Source of the DNA: Balanoglossus misakiensis
Taxonomy: Eukaryota > Animalia > Hemichordata
Direction: 5' to 3'
DNA: 64,000 bases
Assembly: GCA_040954595.2 (NCBI GenBank)
Contig: CM082594.2
Location: forward strand, 4,945,319-5,009,318
This document shows positions 12,301-27,300 of this stretch, piece after piece; the stretch's first letter is position 1; each line of letters starts with the position of its first letter. The notes under the pieces are model-generated. The model made no database searches, was not told where the DNA came from, and saw nothing but the letters and a program-made list of their open reading frames with translations. The position numbers and the translations under genes were made by a program.

Positions 12301-15300
12301 TGAGAATGTTTGGTTTGTGGGGCATCCCCACTGTCTTTCATGTGAAATGTGACTTTGAAATAATCATACATGTAACATGCAGTACCACCATGAACATTCT
12401 CTTTGGTCATTTCTGCAGTTAAATAAAACTTATCATAAAAGCATGCAGAACAGAATAAAAGGTGCATTTTGCAAAGACCCCACTGCAAGTTTTCCCCTCC
12501 TTCTCAAAGACAAGAACACAATGTAGAAAGTCAGCGCCCCGTAACCAACAGTAGATTCCTGACACCGCGAGCTAACCACCAAATTCAACGTCAACACCAT
12601 TCTGACCACAAACCCAGTTACAGTAATGATCCCTGGGGCTCAGGGGTTACTGGGATTGAGCAGCTAGCTTTGATCCCCACAGGAATGTGGTGTCTAGTCA
12701 AATAAAGTGTTTCAATAATTCCCTTTACATAGACAGAAGGTTGGTGTTACTTTAATGCTATCTTTCTTTCAAATTCACTGTCGAGACAATATGAACTACC
12801 GCCCCAAACTTGGAAGTTCTGAAACAGTAATGCCTGTGTTTACATCCCTACAGGCTTTGGCCACCAAACAGATTGTAGAGACACAAAACACACGCCAGCA
12901 AGCCTTCAGGGTGATATCTTTGTATTCCAACAGACGATCACTTCAGAAGTCTGCAAACTCTGCAACCTTTAGTCAAACATGCCAATTTTTCAAGTAGCCA
13001 TCACAATTATTTGGTACATGCCTGATTACGATGAACCTTAGCACCGTTTCTAAACTCTACAAACCAGTTTACTCCAAACACTATGGCAATTAACGTACTA
13101 ACCCCACGACCTACAGATAACATAAAATCCCTTCGAAAAGTACAGCTAGCTGGCAACAAGCAAGAGCACATCACTGGCAACGTTCCAAAGGAAGTTTCAG
13201 AAAAAAACTTCCTACTGACCATGACGAATCACGTTTCACAGAAATACCATTTGAGGAAAACTCATGGGCAGATATTAGTCTCCCAATCCAAGTTTCTGAT
13301 TGGCTGTTATCTGAATATTATGGGATATACAACATGGCCCCCCACTATGTTGCTCTACACTCTCTCCAGATTATTCTCATGCATAGTCCACAAGCTGCTT
13401 TGGACATGCAATGTTATCTTTTTCTGGGGTCTCCATTTTGGACTTACCCGAGCTGAATCCACTTCATCTTGCTGTGGTGATGTTGCTGGTTTTGAACCTG
13501 GAGAAGACAAAAAATAAAACAGGAAAATATTAATATGAATTTGTTCTGCATCCTGCAAGAATGATATTTGAGGTTTTTTTCTTACAATTTAGCTTCACAG
13601 TTTTGGTTCTGGAAGAAACTGATGCAAGTCAAGTCACTTCAGATGGCACACTAGTGTTTACAGACAGACAGATGGACAGACATAGACAGACGTGCTGTGT
13701 AACTTTTCATTCAGCTGAACGATATGCTGAAGTTTTAAGTATGTTTCATAAAATTCCCCCCTAGTTGGAGTTCTGCCCCAAGCCATGTTACGCGATCTTA
13801 CACACATGTTTGTCAAGTCCATTGGAGACATTGTGACATTAACGAACGATACATCTTATCTGTCAATTTTCTGTCTCCGACTCGCTTCATCATCATCATT
13901 ATTTGATGATGTATCGACTACCCGTAGACACAGTGCAACAATGTCATTCACTCTTTTTCACTATGCCCCAGATTATCTCCTTCAACCCTTTCACCACAAT
14001 GGTTTGGTCCAACTCCCCTGCTGTCTACGGTGAAGTTGGACCTCCACAGAGGGAAGACGGGGGTAAGAGGGTTAAGTGATTGGATTATAAAACTGTGGAC
14101 AGAAAACCTTCAAGAGGGCAATTTTCATTACTGTAAGTGGAGCTTTTATTCAAATCGCATTCACAGCTAGGTAACAACTGCTGAAACTATTAGAGTCAGT
14201 TTCACAGCTTAACCCATCTTCTATTCTATAGATTTTTGGCAAATTCAGCTACGGTCTCAGAACTGAAGATATCGGGTCTGATGAAACCATCACTGCACTT
14301 TCATTAAAAGCTGTCCCCAATACATCTCATCCCGCGTGACATACAATTCCAATCAATCTTTACTCTCGATTTGCATGTAAATGACAACGAGAAACCAACT
14401 GGTGATGGACAAAATGCGATATCACAATTCCGTCCGACAGCGACTGACAGACTGTCTGCGGAGTCGATGACTCACGCAACTCATCAAACTCGGAGAAATT
14501 ATTTCGTCTGCCGACAGGTCAAGGTTTTGAGTTGGTGGTGATCGCGTCGATGTAAAAGGTGTTCAGTTTTACCAGAAATGCCCGCCAAGGTTGCATCCTT
14601 GGCGACGATAGTGTGGCAATGTCTGTCGCGAGCACATGCACAGGATTAATGCTGCATACCTTACATTAACACCTCATGAATTTGTAATCACACGACAGCC
14701 TAATCACATACTTCCTTTAATGCAGAAATGATGTTGAAATGTTCTGATTTTATTAGTTGCTAAGGGCCACTCCTATCTGTCTCTGCCATAACCTGAATTT
14801 CACAGCACCAGATTCATCTAGTTTGACATAGCCCTTAATTCCCAGCGGGGCATTCATCAAAAATTTACAATCTATCCATAAAACTTCTTTGTGATCTATT
14901 TTGTGATTATTCCAAATATATGCAGAACATGAAGCTGCATTTTACTCTTTATTACAAAAATGCATATGAATAAAATATTCATTGATACGGGTACATGTTC
15001 CTCTTGGGGAAAAAGATGGTTGGACTGATTGAAAGCATGAATGTGTGATAATAAAAATCTCTGGTAATAATTTACATTTACTGATATCGTTTGTAAAATC
15101 ACTCTGGTTTCTTTTTACATATTTTTTTAATCACAGTAGTTTTCCAGCAGATATTTGAATCATGCAAACAGATAATCCACGGAGTATTGAAATACGGCCT
15201 ACTACAAAGGCAATCAGGTCACCAGACGCTGTTATCACGAAGTCCAAATCAGGTGGGAATGATCGATCTGAGACTGATCTGAATTCAACACGACAGTTTG

Positions 15301-18300
15301 ATTTCGCCGGTTGTTGAATGCACCAGTTGAACAAGAGAATCTTATCTCGAAGCCTGAATGAAGAGACGCACAGACACACGCCTTTCGCACAAAATGAATC
15401 AGCTTTCTCATTCTGATATTCGAGGTTGAATGTTAGAAGTGCCGAACACTGGCCTGACCAGGTATACATCATGATAGATTCGATCAATAACTGTAAGTGT
15501 TAAGGAGAACTCAGAGGGAACGTCTGAGAGTCTATAGGCACACATATTTCTCTCTGACTGATAGGCACTCTACTACAACCATTGAGAACTCGATTTCAGA
15601 AGATGACTCACAGCTTTATTAATTAACGGGAGATGAGGTCTAAAAGTAGGACAGATCAATTAATGGAAATTGATATCACCCGGGCTTGGTGAAAGGACAT
15701 CTAGGGAGGTTAGAAGAATTCTGTTCTGTTGAGATGCTGTTCTTAGCAAGAAAATGCAATAGTAGACAACAATTTTTGATGTAGATGTTCAAACACAATA
15801 ACACTCACGAGTTTAAGGAGACAATTTTCATTAAATTATTTTTTTTAATTTCAACTGGAACCATGATACATTCTTCTGCTGAGCTCATGCATATGAAAAG
15901 CCAAATTAACATGTGACTTGCAATAGCCATATATATGGATGACACGTACATCAAAGCTTCAATGTATTTACAGAAACCACTGCTATATAGGCACACAATC
16001 ACATATTGGTTTAGGTGAAATGAAATTACACATCTCAGTGGTTGCTGCCGTAAAACTCAAAAGGTGCAGAAGACCAAATACAGGCGACATTAATGCTAAT
16101 ACAAGTGGATTTCCTGAATACGTCAAGACTTTGGTATACAATGTACTTTCAATTTATGGCCCACTGTTACAATAAAATACTTCTCTCTGTACCACACATG
16201 TAAATGATCCTTTTCTGTTCCATATATACGTAAACTAACATGATTCATTAACCTTAATCTAAGTAATTTCAATTTTTTTTCCAGATATAAAAGTGTACAT
16301 CATGACTCGATACTGTCGGCTATATCGTACGGTCAAATCAAATCTCACTCTGCCTGAAAACACTGCCTTCAGCAACGCAACTGAATGAAATCTAAAATTG
16401 AATCATCATCTACTGACTGCACACCCAAATTCGGTTAAAAATCTTTGCCTTGAGTCAAGTACTCCTGAATATAAACACACGATAACCTGATAGAGTTGGG
16501 TGATTTTGAAATTGATAAATGTTGATCTTTTGACATTTGACAATAAAGGGGTTAATTTTGTTTCATCTATTTTGGCGATTCACAAATTCTATGTACGATA
16601 TGCTCTGCATCATTCAGTGAAAGGATGTTGGTTGCTATGGACACACAAGACCTTGATGATATGTATCTGCTAATACTATTTCACACTCGCACAATGTTGA
16701 TAACATCGCCAAAATAACAACTCACAAGAGACTCCGACTGCTTATTTTTCAGTAAACAACACCACACCTTACCCAGCATGCAGTGTTTCATAAACATGAC
16801 ATCCATGGACTCTTTAATACATATCGATCTGACGTGTTAATATCCAATACAAAACAAGGGAGGCCACAACAGGTATTTGTGATGAATTCCTGCTTAGCTG
16901 AGAGACATGAAAACACTGCGTGACAGTGTGGATGCTAGCATATGGGAGTGATAATATGTATTCAAATGGTGCAGGTGTTGTACAGATTGTAGATTTCCAC
17001 CTGTAAATTCGGTAGCTATTTTGAGAGACTGTGTACATACAATATTTCTGTTCTATAAATTTATTTGCAAATGAAGTGTCGTTCAGTAAACTTGTGTTTT
17101 ACTTTGAAGAGCTCTTCAAACATTGATGTGTTAAGTTTTACATTGAAAGTAGTCTGGCCACCAAATGGTTGCTTGACAACTGATGTGGTTGCTCAAACAG
17201 GATGAGAAAGGTTTTATTAAACTTCATCGGAATACGCCTGAGCTGACTGATGGCTGTTACTAAGGGCAATAAATTAATGGCATAGATATAGAATAACTAA
17301 TGGGCAATAAACCTCATTCTCGAAATAGATCAGTTCAGTCAAAGAAACTATCATTAGACCAAAAGAATGAAATCACACCAATTTGATTTCATATGAAATG
17401 TTATGCACTTTAATTCTGCTCACAGAATTATGCTACAATGTTAAAAGACTGGTGTTGCATATTTTATGATTTGCTGATGATGGAGGTCACGGTCGTAAAC
17501 CACTTTTTATAATTTGGCTAAAAATAAAATATGCATAGATATTGAATGTCAAGGTGAAGGCTTAGCTTTGATTCATTCAAGACAGCTGCACCTGGCCTCT
17601 GTCAGTTTTGAAATAGCACATTATTTTGGTCAAAATATACCAGTTCTGTGTTTGTTTCCTGTTTTGATACACACGACCAGAATTTGAAAGAAAATCGAGA
17701 GTTCCGACAAACTTTACAAGTCGCGGCAAATGTTTCTGTTCAATGAATTTTGACAGGGAGGAATTTTTATGGGAGAAATGTCATTCCTGGTAGAGTTAAC
17801 AAGACATCTTATCCCTGAGCTATGTGTGTGTTAACTGCACATGCTATGAATCAAAATGAGCCATGAACTGCATTCTACATCAACTCTGGTGACCAAACAT
17901 CTATATAGGCTCAAATTCATTATTTTACGCTATGGATGAAAAATAATATGCTTGAATGCTGTCAAAATATCACATTCAAAGAATATCAGAAAGTTCAACA
18001 AGTATTATATTTGCCGAGAAAATATTCAGATGAAATAAAAATGTTAGCATATGTTAGCATGTCTGAATTCAGAAAAAAGGTTTCTGTTTAATTCTTGACA
18101 TATGATACCATGGATTTGGAATTCAATCAATGAGTCAATATTTGTCATCACTGGATAGACAATTTACAAATGACCGGGATGGGTTGTAGGACCTTAGTCC
18201 CCTGTATCATGCAGACAGAATTCATTACATATTCTATATATCCTTCATACTCCATATTGCAGTAAACAGACATATATTCGAACTGAAAAATGCGTCTTGT

Positions 18301-21300
18301 AGAAACACAGACAGAAGACAAGACATTTCTCGAATATTAAGTATCCTATCATGGATGGGATCTATGCACCAGAAAATGTGTTTTGCACGTGATCAATTTC
18401 TTGAAACATATTTCAGCTATGTAGTGACCATATATAATATATTGTGTAAGATTCACAAGAAAATTGAGATGGTAAATTATAGCCTGTCTCTGAAACACAA
18501 GATCTGCCATATTGATTCACTGACTGCGCAAGACGTTGCAAATTTGAAGAATTATAAGACTTATCATTCTGAGATGAATACAGGCTCGTCAAGGATTTTT
18601 TTACGCATGATTAAGCCTTCTGTGATATATCTGAAATCATCACGTGATATCCCGGTCAATTTGATGAGAATATAAAAGTAATTTCGCTAAATGTCAAAGG
18701 TGTTTAGGACTTGCAGGAAGTGTCTCTCCTTCCAAGACACTTCCTCTTATCTTGTGATGGATAATATTGGGGCATCAGTCACTAGAAGGAATGTGTTATT
18801 AAGGCTTCCCGAAATCAATGTTTGCAAACACGGATAAACAACTGACAGTGGCAGTGGAGGAAAAACAATAAACAAACAAGCCCACTATTATTTTCTTGAT
18901 GATTTTCAGAACGCAAATTCGATTAATGCATATTGTTTAAAATTCCAAGAGAAAATCAGCTATTCTCGCCACGAGGGTAACGGGTTAATCATTTCTGACT
19001 TATATTATCCATGAAGTGACTTCATCAGCAGCAGGGTTAACACTGTATGCTCTACATTACGGTAGAATATGACATTATAAAACACTAAACCTTCAAGCCT
19101 CAGGGTCACAACAGCCTGTCCTGTGAACTGTTTAAATTTTTAAATTTTTCTCTTTGATTTAAAATTTTAATGCTTGAAACAGTAACGATCATTTTACTTT
19201 TTAATTAGGAAGATACTTCTCCACATCGAAAGATTCATGCCAACGAAAGCCATCAATCTCATTACAAATTAATATTAATTTCATTAACAATGAATATTGA
19301 TAACATCAACCCAAGGCACTAAAAATTCTGCAGAATGATAAATATCGCACGAAAACATGAAAATTACTTCCTGTGTTTACACAATGTGAAAGCGCCCTAA
19401 TTATCAGTGATAATGGATGAAAAAAATAAACCAAAGTGTAAATATACATTAGTCTGATTCAAAAATATGCATTGATAAGTATAGAAGATGATGTCATTCC
19501 TGAATTTTCATGGCCGGTACAGAGATATATTTGTGCAATGGTTCTATTTTGTGTCACATTATTTTTAGAAATAAAAATGGCTGGTAAGAAATATCACTCG
19601 TCACGAGCTGTGCATGTTGTGAGGTGATGAATAGCTTGTTGGTTGAGTCATATGTTTACACTGTTTATAAAGGGACGTTTTTAGTAACCTGCGACGAAAA
19701 TGTCATTTGTTGCTAATTTTACATCACTGGATAAATAACCTTGGGTGTGCTTATTAATTTATAGCACGTAATTCAGAAAGACATGCTAGACTTGATATAT
19801 ATTACGACAGACTTTAGTCTGGAGAAATCTACCCCTGCAGGTACCTCATACAGGCGTTACCCGTTACATGTGATTGAACTGTCGGCGTAGACAGACACAG
19901 CTACTCTGAGAATGTGCAATGTTATATAGATGTCAAATTAAAATTGTCTCAGGGCTGTCGGAAGAAACTGGATATTACAGAATTGAATTCAAAACTCACC
20001 GAATCGCAAAACCGGGATGCGACTACCGCTGGGTCTGCTGGTCATGATGCTTGAGCGAATAGACAAGACGTCATGTCACGGGGAAGGCAGGGGGGGGGGG
20101 GGGGAATCCAGAAAAGATCTCAGCTATACACAGGTAATCAAAATCGAACCGCAGTTAGCAACACACAGTGCTGATCGAATCCCAGGTGGCAAGAATTAGA
20201 CGAAGTCACCAAAGGACATCAATGCAAGACAATGGCAGTTGTCATCAAGTACGGAGCGACCGGCTCGGGTCTGAATGGGTCCAATCCCGTCGACCAATTA
20301 AACTCTCAAACGCTGCCACGGGCTCCGGACGCTGTTTACCAACAATGCCATGCAAAATCAACAACCGGTATGCAAATCAAGCTCCCTCAGACCTCACAGT
20401 GGCCAGTCAACGAACTGGCTGAGCTGGGTTGGTGTCGGCAGCTTAAACACAACCACACACACTGACGTCGAGTGAAATGCCTGCTTCCAATTTATACGAC
20501 TAATCAGTCACATGACCACATCTATGAATCGGTAACACGGCAGTCTGACTCAGCCTCTGAATACATTTGATACAGGCATTGTCTGCGCATGAAATATTTC
20601 ACATCGCTCTACGCTGGGATTTAAATTCAACAGAGCCTCGAGTTCACAAGGTTCACCTCAAGGGCTGATGTGTTTTTTTTATCTTTATGTAAACACCCGA
20701 CACTTTCTGCTCAAATAAACACATCTACACATACCTAATACAACTGTGGAAAAAAACATCCTTCAGAAATCACATGTAAACAACACATATTCCATTCCAA
20801 TATTGGCATATTTGTACTTTAATGTCATGGCAAAATAATAAAATTTTAACAAACCAAGGTTAATGCAGGTTTTTTTTCCAATTGAAGTCACAATAGTTGA
20901 ATTTGACATTGGTATCAAATTCAGGAGTCTACATTGCTGTTCTCTGAATTCAATGTCAACTCAAGTTCACCCTGACAACATCAACTGCTTCTTCCCTGAA
21001 TTTTGCCACAGGTTTATGCAAATTGATTCTGTCATTTATTTATTTTTGAGATGATGACATTAACATAATGATATTACATGAACAGGTACTGAAGCTATAA
21101 ATGAAGGTCGATATAATATATTTCAACATAAAATCATCATTTAAGTACAGTTTGAGAATTTTTTTATTGACCATCTTTTTGATGGACTATAAATTTCACA
21201 AGAGTCTGCAGTTGCAAATGACGACTTTGCTAAGTATTCTGTGATTCCAAACGCAAAATATCTATTCATTCTTTTCACTGTCCACATATAATGTTGTTTT

Positions 21301-24300
21301 TCTAAGTCTCTTTGAATTGCAAGGCTGTTGTGTTATTGAAGGCACCTAATACTTGTTTGACAAATGCCCCCTGAACATACAATAATACTGTGTAGAACGG
21401 ATCAGGGATGTCATGACCTGATTTCTGACAAAGCGTATTGTGAACCCCACGTGTAAGGTGAGTAAACTATACGTATCGCTGCGCCACAGGGTTGACCCTG
21501 AGGTCACACTGCCATGGGTCAAAGGTCACAGATAACCCCATGGTGAATGCATATGGCAAAAACACTGTTGCTTTGTGGACTGTGTAGGTTGTTTTGGTTC
21601 AATTTTGTCAAACATTCAGCATTTATTCAGATCTCATTGAACGACAGCAAAACTGAACAAAATATGAGTGAAAAACAGGAAATTATGCCTACGAGCTACA
21701 ACGCAAGACCTGAGATCAGACCTACATGATTGATATCACAGAACGGACGATTGTACAAGAAGGGAAGATCTGTTTAAGCGGATCACAGATTCCTGATGTG
21801 ATTGTGGGAGGCAGGGATTATGCAGAAAATGATGGGATGACTTCACGCCTGCATGGGCACACCTGGTATCTGCCCCGCACTGACTCATTTCATTGGATCA
21901 AGATGACAAGACCAGGTGTTCACCACATGGCGATGTCCATGACACATATATACTTGAAAATACCAGACTGTTTTTTCCAGAAATGATCCATCGATAAATT
22001 CAGTGAATGCTAGTTAAAATGTCCTGCCAACCATTCCTGAATACACCCTGATACTAACAGGTTCTCTGACGTCAAAAGCATTCGTAATATTTGATATTTT
22101 TCAGAGCTACGCATTTGGCAGACTACGCATCTGAAATCTGAAATCAAAATCCAATTTATCACATGCCATTTACTTAGCTAATACTAATATTGAAATCTTC
22201 ACACGCGACCAGCTGAACCAAACAAACATTTCAGATATTAAAGTTTTTTTCCCCAACTAGTAAACTAGTTGAATATCCGTTCATCTTGACGTTCTTATAC
22301 AAAAGATGTTCAAAACTTTGCACATCACTCCCATTGAATTTAGAATTGTCGTGAAACGGCATAACAAGTGGAACGAACAAACCCTGAAAAAAGCTGCCTC
22401 CAAACTACCATTGTCCTGAACATAGGGTTATTAGTAGTCAGGGCACTACTCAAACCTTCCAACAATGCTGAATTTGTAAGGCAGCTATGCTCTACTGACT
22501 GTGGTATACACTCCTCACAATCTACAATTGATGCAGAATCTCAACTAAACCCTTGCTTGGTCTTGCTGACAGGGTTAAAAACAAACAAGCAATAAATTTT
22601 TAAGATATGTATCATAGGCTTTCTATTATCTTGAAGACAGTCCCTTCATTTGTCAACCCAACACTCCTCACAATGCATGGGGGTAAAGTGTCGCGTTTTA
22701 TTCTCTGCTGGACAGGAAACTGCTATGTATTGTTCGGTCACAATGAATACCACAAAAGGTCAAGGCTATTTGGCCAAACAAAAAGTGTTCTCAATATCAA
22801 GGTTATACCGAGGGAAGGTATGCGGGAGCATTGATTTCAACTTCTCAGGGCGACTTTATCATGACAGGTTCATACAATGTCACTCAATGTGTAATACTGT
22901 GCAACAAATCTCTACCCCCCCCCCCCCCCCAAGGAAATAAGGTGAAGGGTTTAATAAGCCCTTTTAAAAGATCTGACATGCCTGCAAAGGTCACTAAAGG
23001 TCACCAGTTAAAATCCATCACTGATTATTGATGTTTAAAAACACACTTCTCCATGGCAGAGGGTCAGGATCTTTGACCGGTCGCAGTGACTTCTGGTCTT
23101 ACACGCGATTGATCACTGACTGTGATTACGGAAGAGGACATGATGTCATGGAGATGCGAGAAACGATAGGTCTGGGATGGGAAGGAGCTCATGAAATGCC
23201 ATGATTTGTGATCGGATCTACGACATAGCTCAGACTGTACATGTTAAGTATATCTGCCATTAGTCAATGTTAATCACGGTTCCGGTATTTTCACTCCTTG
23301 GAAATTTTGTTGTCAAATTTCAGAGAAATATTGAAAAAAGCACAACAAAGCAACTTAGGCTAGCTACTACTTGTAGGTTTTAATACAAGGAATCGGACAC
23401 TTTCATTAGCTCGCAAGACTGCAAAATATTTGAGACAGAATCCAGAATATTGAATGGTAAGGCCATTACAAATAACACTCGACTCTAACTGAAAATGTCT
23501 GGTGGATATCTGTTATTAAATTACTCACAGTGCATATATTGATCCCGGACAATTTACTGATAATTACACACAGAGTCAGCAGACTGGTTTTTTGTGTCAG
23601 CGCAAATGTTCACTTACTCGGAAAACAAAACCACTGAATGTTTTCTACTCATGTTTCTTGAGAGAATAGCTGGAGTTTCAACGGGGTGAGGTTAAATTAC
23701 AGTTCGCGACAGCATAATACCCCGGTAATCTTTATCGATTATTGCAGCCGTATTCTGTGGCATCCCCCCAAATTTACCAGAAACATTTCAACAGAACCCA
23801 GGCAAATGTATGTATGACTGCAGAAGAATATCAACAGACAATACCCACAGAACAATGCACATCTATTCTTTGCAAGTTTCTTTTTATCATGGTTTTTATC
23901 ATAATAAAACACTATTTTCTGAATTTCTTTTGTTTATTATAAAAGTGTTTTCTAAGATCTCTTTCACATTAACGTAACCTGCAGTATCATTTTCATATTA
24001 CATTAAATTTGAACAATGACACAAATGCTTTTGTTTCTACAGTTGCACCTTTGTTCATATTTCATGTAATATTAAATAATACTGTTTCAAATAAAAAACT
24101 TGCACCGATGAAAGGTGCCTGGCTTCATCCACTTGAACTATATTGAGTTCACCGACCTTCCAGGGCGGACAATAGGGCTCTACCACAATATGAAGAAAAT
24201 GGGGGAGGGGAGAATCAAAGATGAGAAATATGACAAAGAATATATTTTTCAGGCTGTAATGGATATGGATATCAACATCTTAGTGCAGCGTTCAGTATGT

Positions 24301-27300
24301 GAAGTATTCGTCATTCAACAATGCACACAGTGAGAAAGGGTCAGGCGATTGTCTTTTCACCACAATGCTGACAGTAATCTGGTTCTAAAAATATATCTCT
24401 CATCCTTTGGTCATCCAAACTTTCCGTTTATCAATTCTCTTTAATAATCTAACAATGTCTAATTCCCGCACTGTTTCGTTACCTACTGACTAGCAACTGG
24501 TAGAAATCTCACTGTGATTTGATCTGGTCTGATTTGATCAGATTTGAAATGTAGCCTGGCAACTTGCCCAAAATAAGAACTGTGGAACGTCAGATACTGT
24601 TTTATAAATAGCTCCCTTCATGAAGCAAACATCCTTTTCCTATACTGCTTTACATCCCTACCCTAGTCAAGTCACAAGTCCGAGTTGTTCAACAAGAAAT
24701 GAGGTCATTACAAGACTGTAAACAGCTTATTTGTCACAAGGGAAGAAAAAGAATTATGCTACACACATCACAGCCAGTCGTCCTGGTTAGCATGGTTTTA
24801 TGTTTTACGCGTGTCGTTGCTGACCAACTGTCTGTCTGTCCATTGCTGTGAATAACTTTTAGAATGCCAATATGGTTTTCAGAAAAATAATATTCAATAA
24901 ATAATGCTTTCAACAATGACCTGATTTAAATTCTTTGCAGAAAGCTGCATATGTGCAGTTTTCAATCAGTGCATACCAGAATCTTCAACAAAAAACATTT
25001 ATTACAAAATAGTGCGACAAAATGTGTCACTTCCACTGACCTGTGTCTTCAGCAATCATTCTGCCAGATTTCTTGACTTCATCAAACTTGCCATATATGA
25101 TAGACAACCTACACGGCAGATGCAAACAAACAAATACTGAGCATATATACACGACAATGCCCTATTGAAACCACAACTGTGGTATCAGAGATAACTGTTG
25201 AGGGCGGTATACATTGCCCGAGGCAGACATATTGTGTCTGGTTCATTGAACTGTGTGATCGTGATTTTCTTCCGCAAATTCAGGGACAACATCGCTCATA
25301 TGACATCAAAACTAATCACTATCATCTCCCTCAGTGTGCATGGGTCTACCAAACCACTGAAAACAACAGGGTTGTACCACTCAACAGAAATACAAAGGTC
25401 GGGGGGAAATTTGAACTTGGTGCTTACCTTGAAGACGGGATCCCTTTCTTCCCCAGATCTATCCGGACTTTTTCGCCAACATGGCGATATATTTCAACCA
25501 AGGTGTTAATTGCAGTGTCACGTACCTAAGCAGGGATTAGGAAAGTTGTAGAAAATAAATTCATGAACGTGAATCAATCTTTCATTTTCCACAATACATA
25601 GCTTTGGGCAAACTTTCTTAATTATAGCATAGTACAAGAAAATTGCAATACCTAACATTACATTAACCAACATACTTTTGTGATGGATTTCTGCTGCTGC
25701 GGTATAAAAAGACATTAATTTTGAAATGTCAAAAGAAGAGAGCCACGATTCTGTTTCAATATTTGCAATGAAAATTGCAGTTTCATTTGCTCAAACTTCA
25801 CAAAAGAATACTTTCAAACAGATGTCCCACACAAAAACATCAATAACAATTTTCGGAAGAGAAAAAATTTGACATTTCTTTGATACAAGTAGCAACAAAC
25901 TGAGTACCAACTATCGAGTATGTATGCTTCGATAAACAAATGCCACGTGGGCTGTCTAACAATAATATGTATTTTGCTTTAATTATCAGCAAATATTTAC
26001 AACAAAATACAAGCTTTGAAGCAAACAGTCTCTTTCACTTCATCAATAATACAATGTTTGGTAGAAAAGAAACAGAAAATTTCTTAGTTTTAAAAAAAGT
26101 GATAAAAAATTGACAATTTTGGGGTCAATTTTTCATCCCTGTGCACAGTTACACACTCACCTGACTATTAGGGTCACCTAACAATTTACAGATGTGCGGG
26201 ACGATCTTTGACAGTGACAATGAGGAGGCACCAAAGCTGTACGGATAAAAAAAGACAGAAAAAACAATAAACAGACAGTCATGAGACCATACTAGTCAGA
26301 CAGCTTGTGTATGGTTGACATATTGTGAATAAATTAAAGAACACAACAGAGTGACCTGACGACAAGCTGCTGTTCAGGACAATATCTGTATGCAGGGCAC
26401 AGACCATAACAGTGTTGACGCACATGTCGTAATCAGATTATCGAACGTACGACACAAAATGAAGTCCATTAAAATCATTGCTCGGTTATTTTTTGTAGCT
26501 AATAAAGTTACTACACATCCACTTATTTCCAAAATTGTGTGAAGAAAATGTATTGCTAGATAATCTCCCTAAAAATCAAAGTACATTTTGAAAATATTTG
26601 GATGTGAGAAATCTCTGACTGGGTTTGACGGTAGGCAATTTCCCACTTACGTGTTTATAGTTTGCATCAAACACAACAGCACCTCTTCCCGAACTCTGAA
26701 GTTCTTGTGGGTAAATCCTCGCATTAGGCGTTCAAATACTGACTGCAACGGTTAAAAAAATAAGAAGAAAGTGGGTGAATATTCAAACTTTATGTAGAGT
26801 GAATTCTGAGACTTAACAATGTGCTGAATCCTTGAAAATGAAAAACAAAAACAAAGATGGCTTCTGACAGCGAAAATGATCGATCACGTTTGCAGTCATA
26901 CCTGTGGTGATGTTGCTACATTCATTAACTTCTGTATAAGTCCCTGCGCTTGATCTCGTACTGCATCTTTGCTGTCTCCCAGTCTGTCAATTACCGCTGG
27001 TAGTACTGAAAGGGAAATTGGCAAAGAATGTGTCAAGTTTTTCCTGAATCAATTTCTTGTGATAAACAATTTGGCTATCATTGCCCATGCTATAAAACAC
27101 ATAAAAGTGTTCAACTGAAGTAATAGTTACATTTCTCCTCAATATCAATTCTGTTCACATATTACTTATCCACAGACACTCCACGTAAAGTCCAGCGCCC
27201 CCTAGAGGGCAGTTCAAACAACCACACTCCATGGCCACACCGATTTCCGATCACGGAATGAGATCATAAGGAAACAACATTATTATTCCCATCACAAAAC

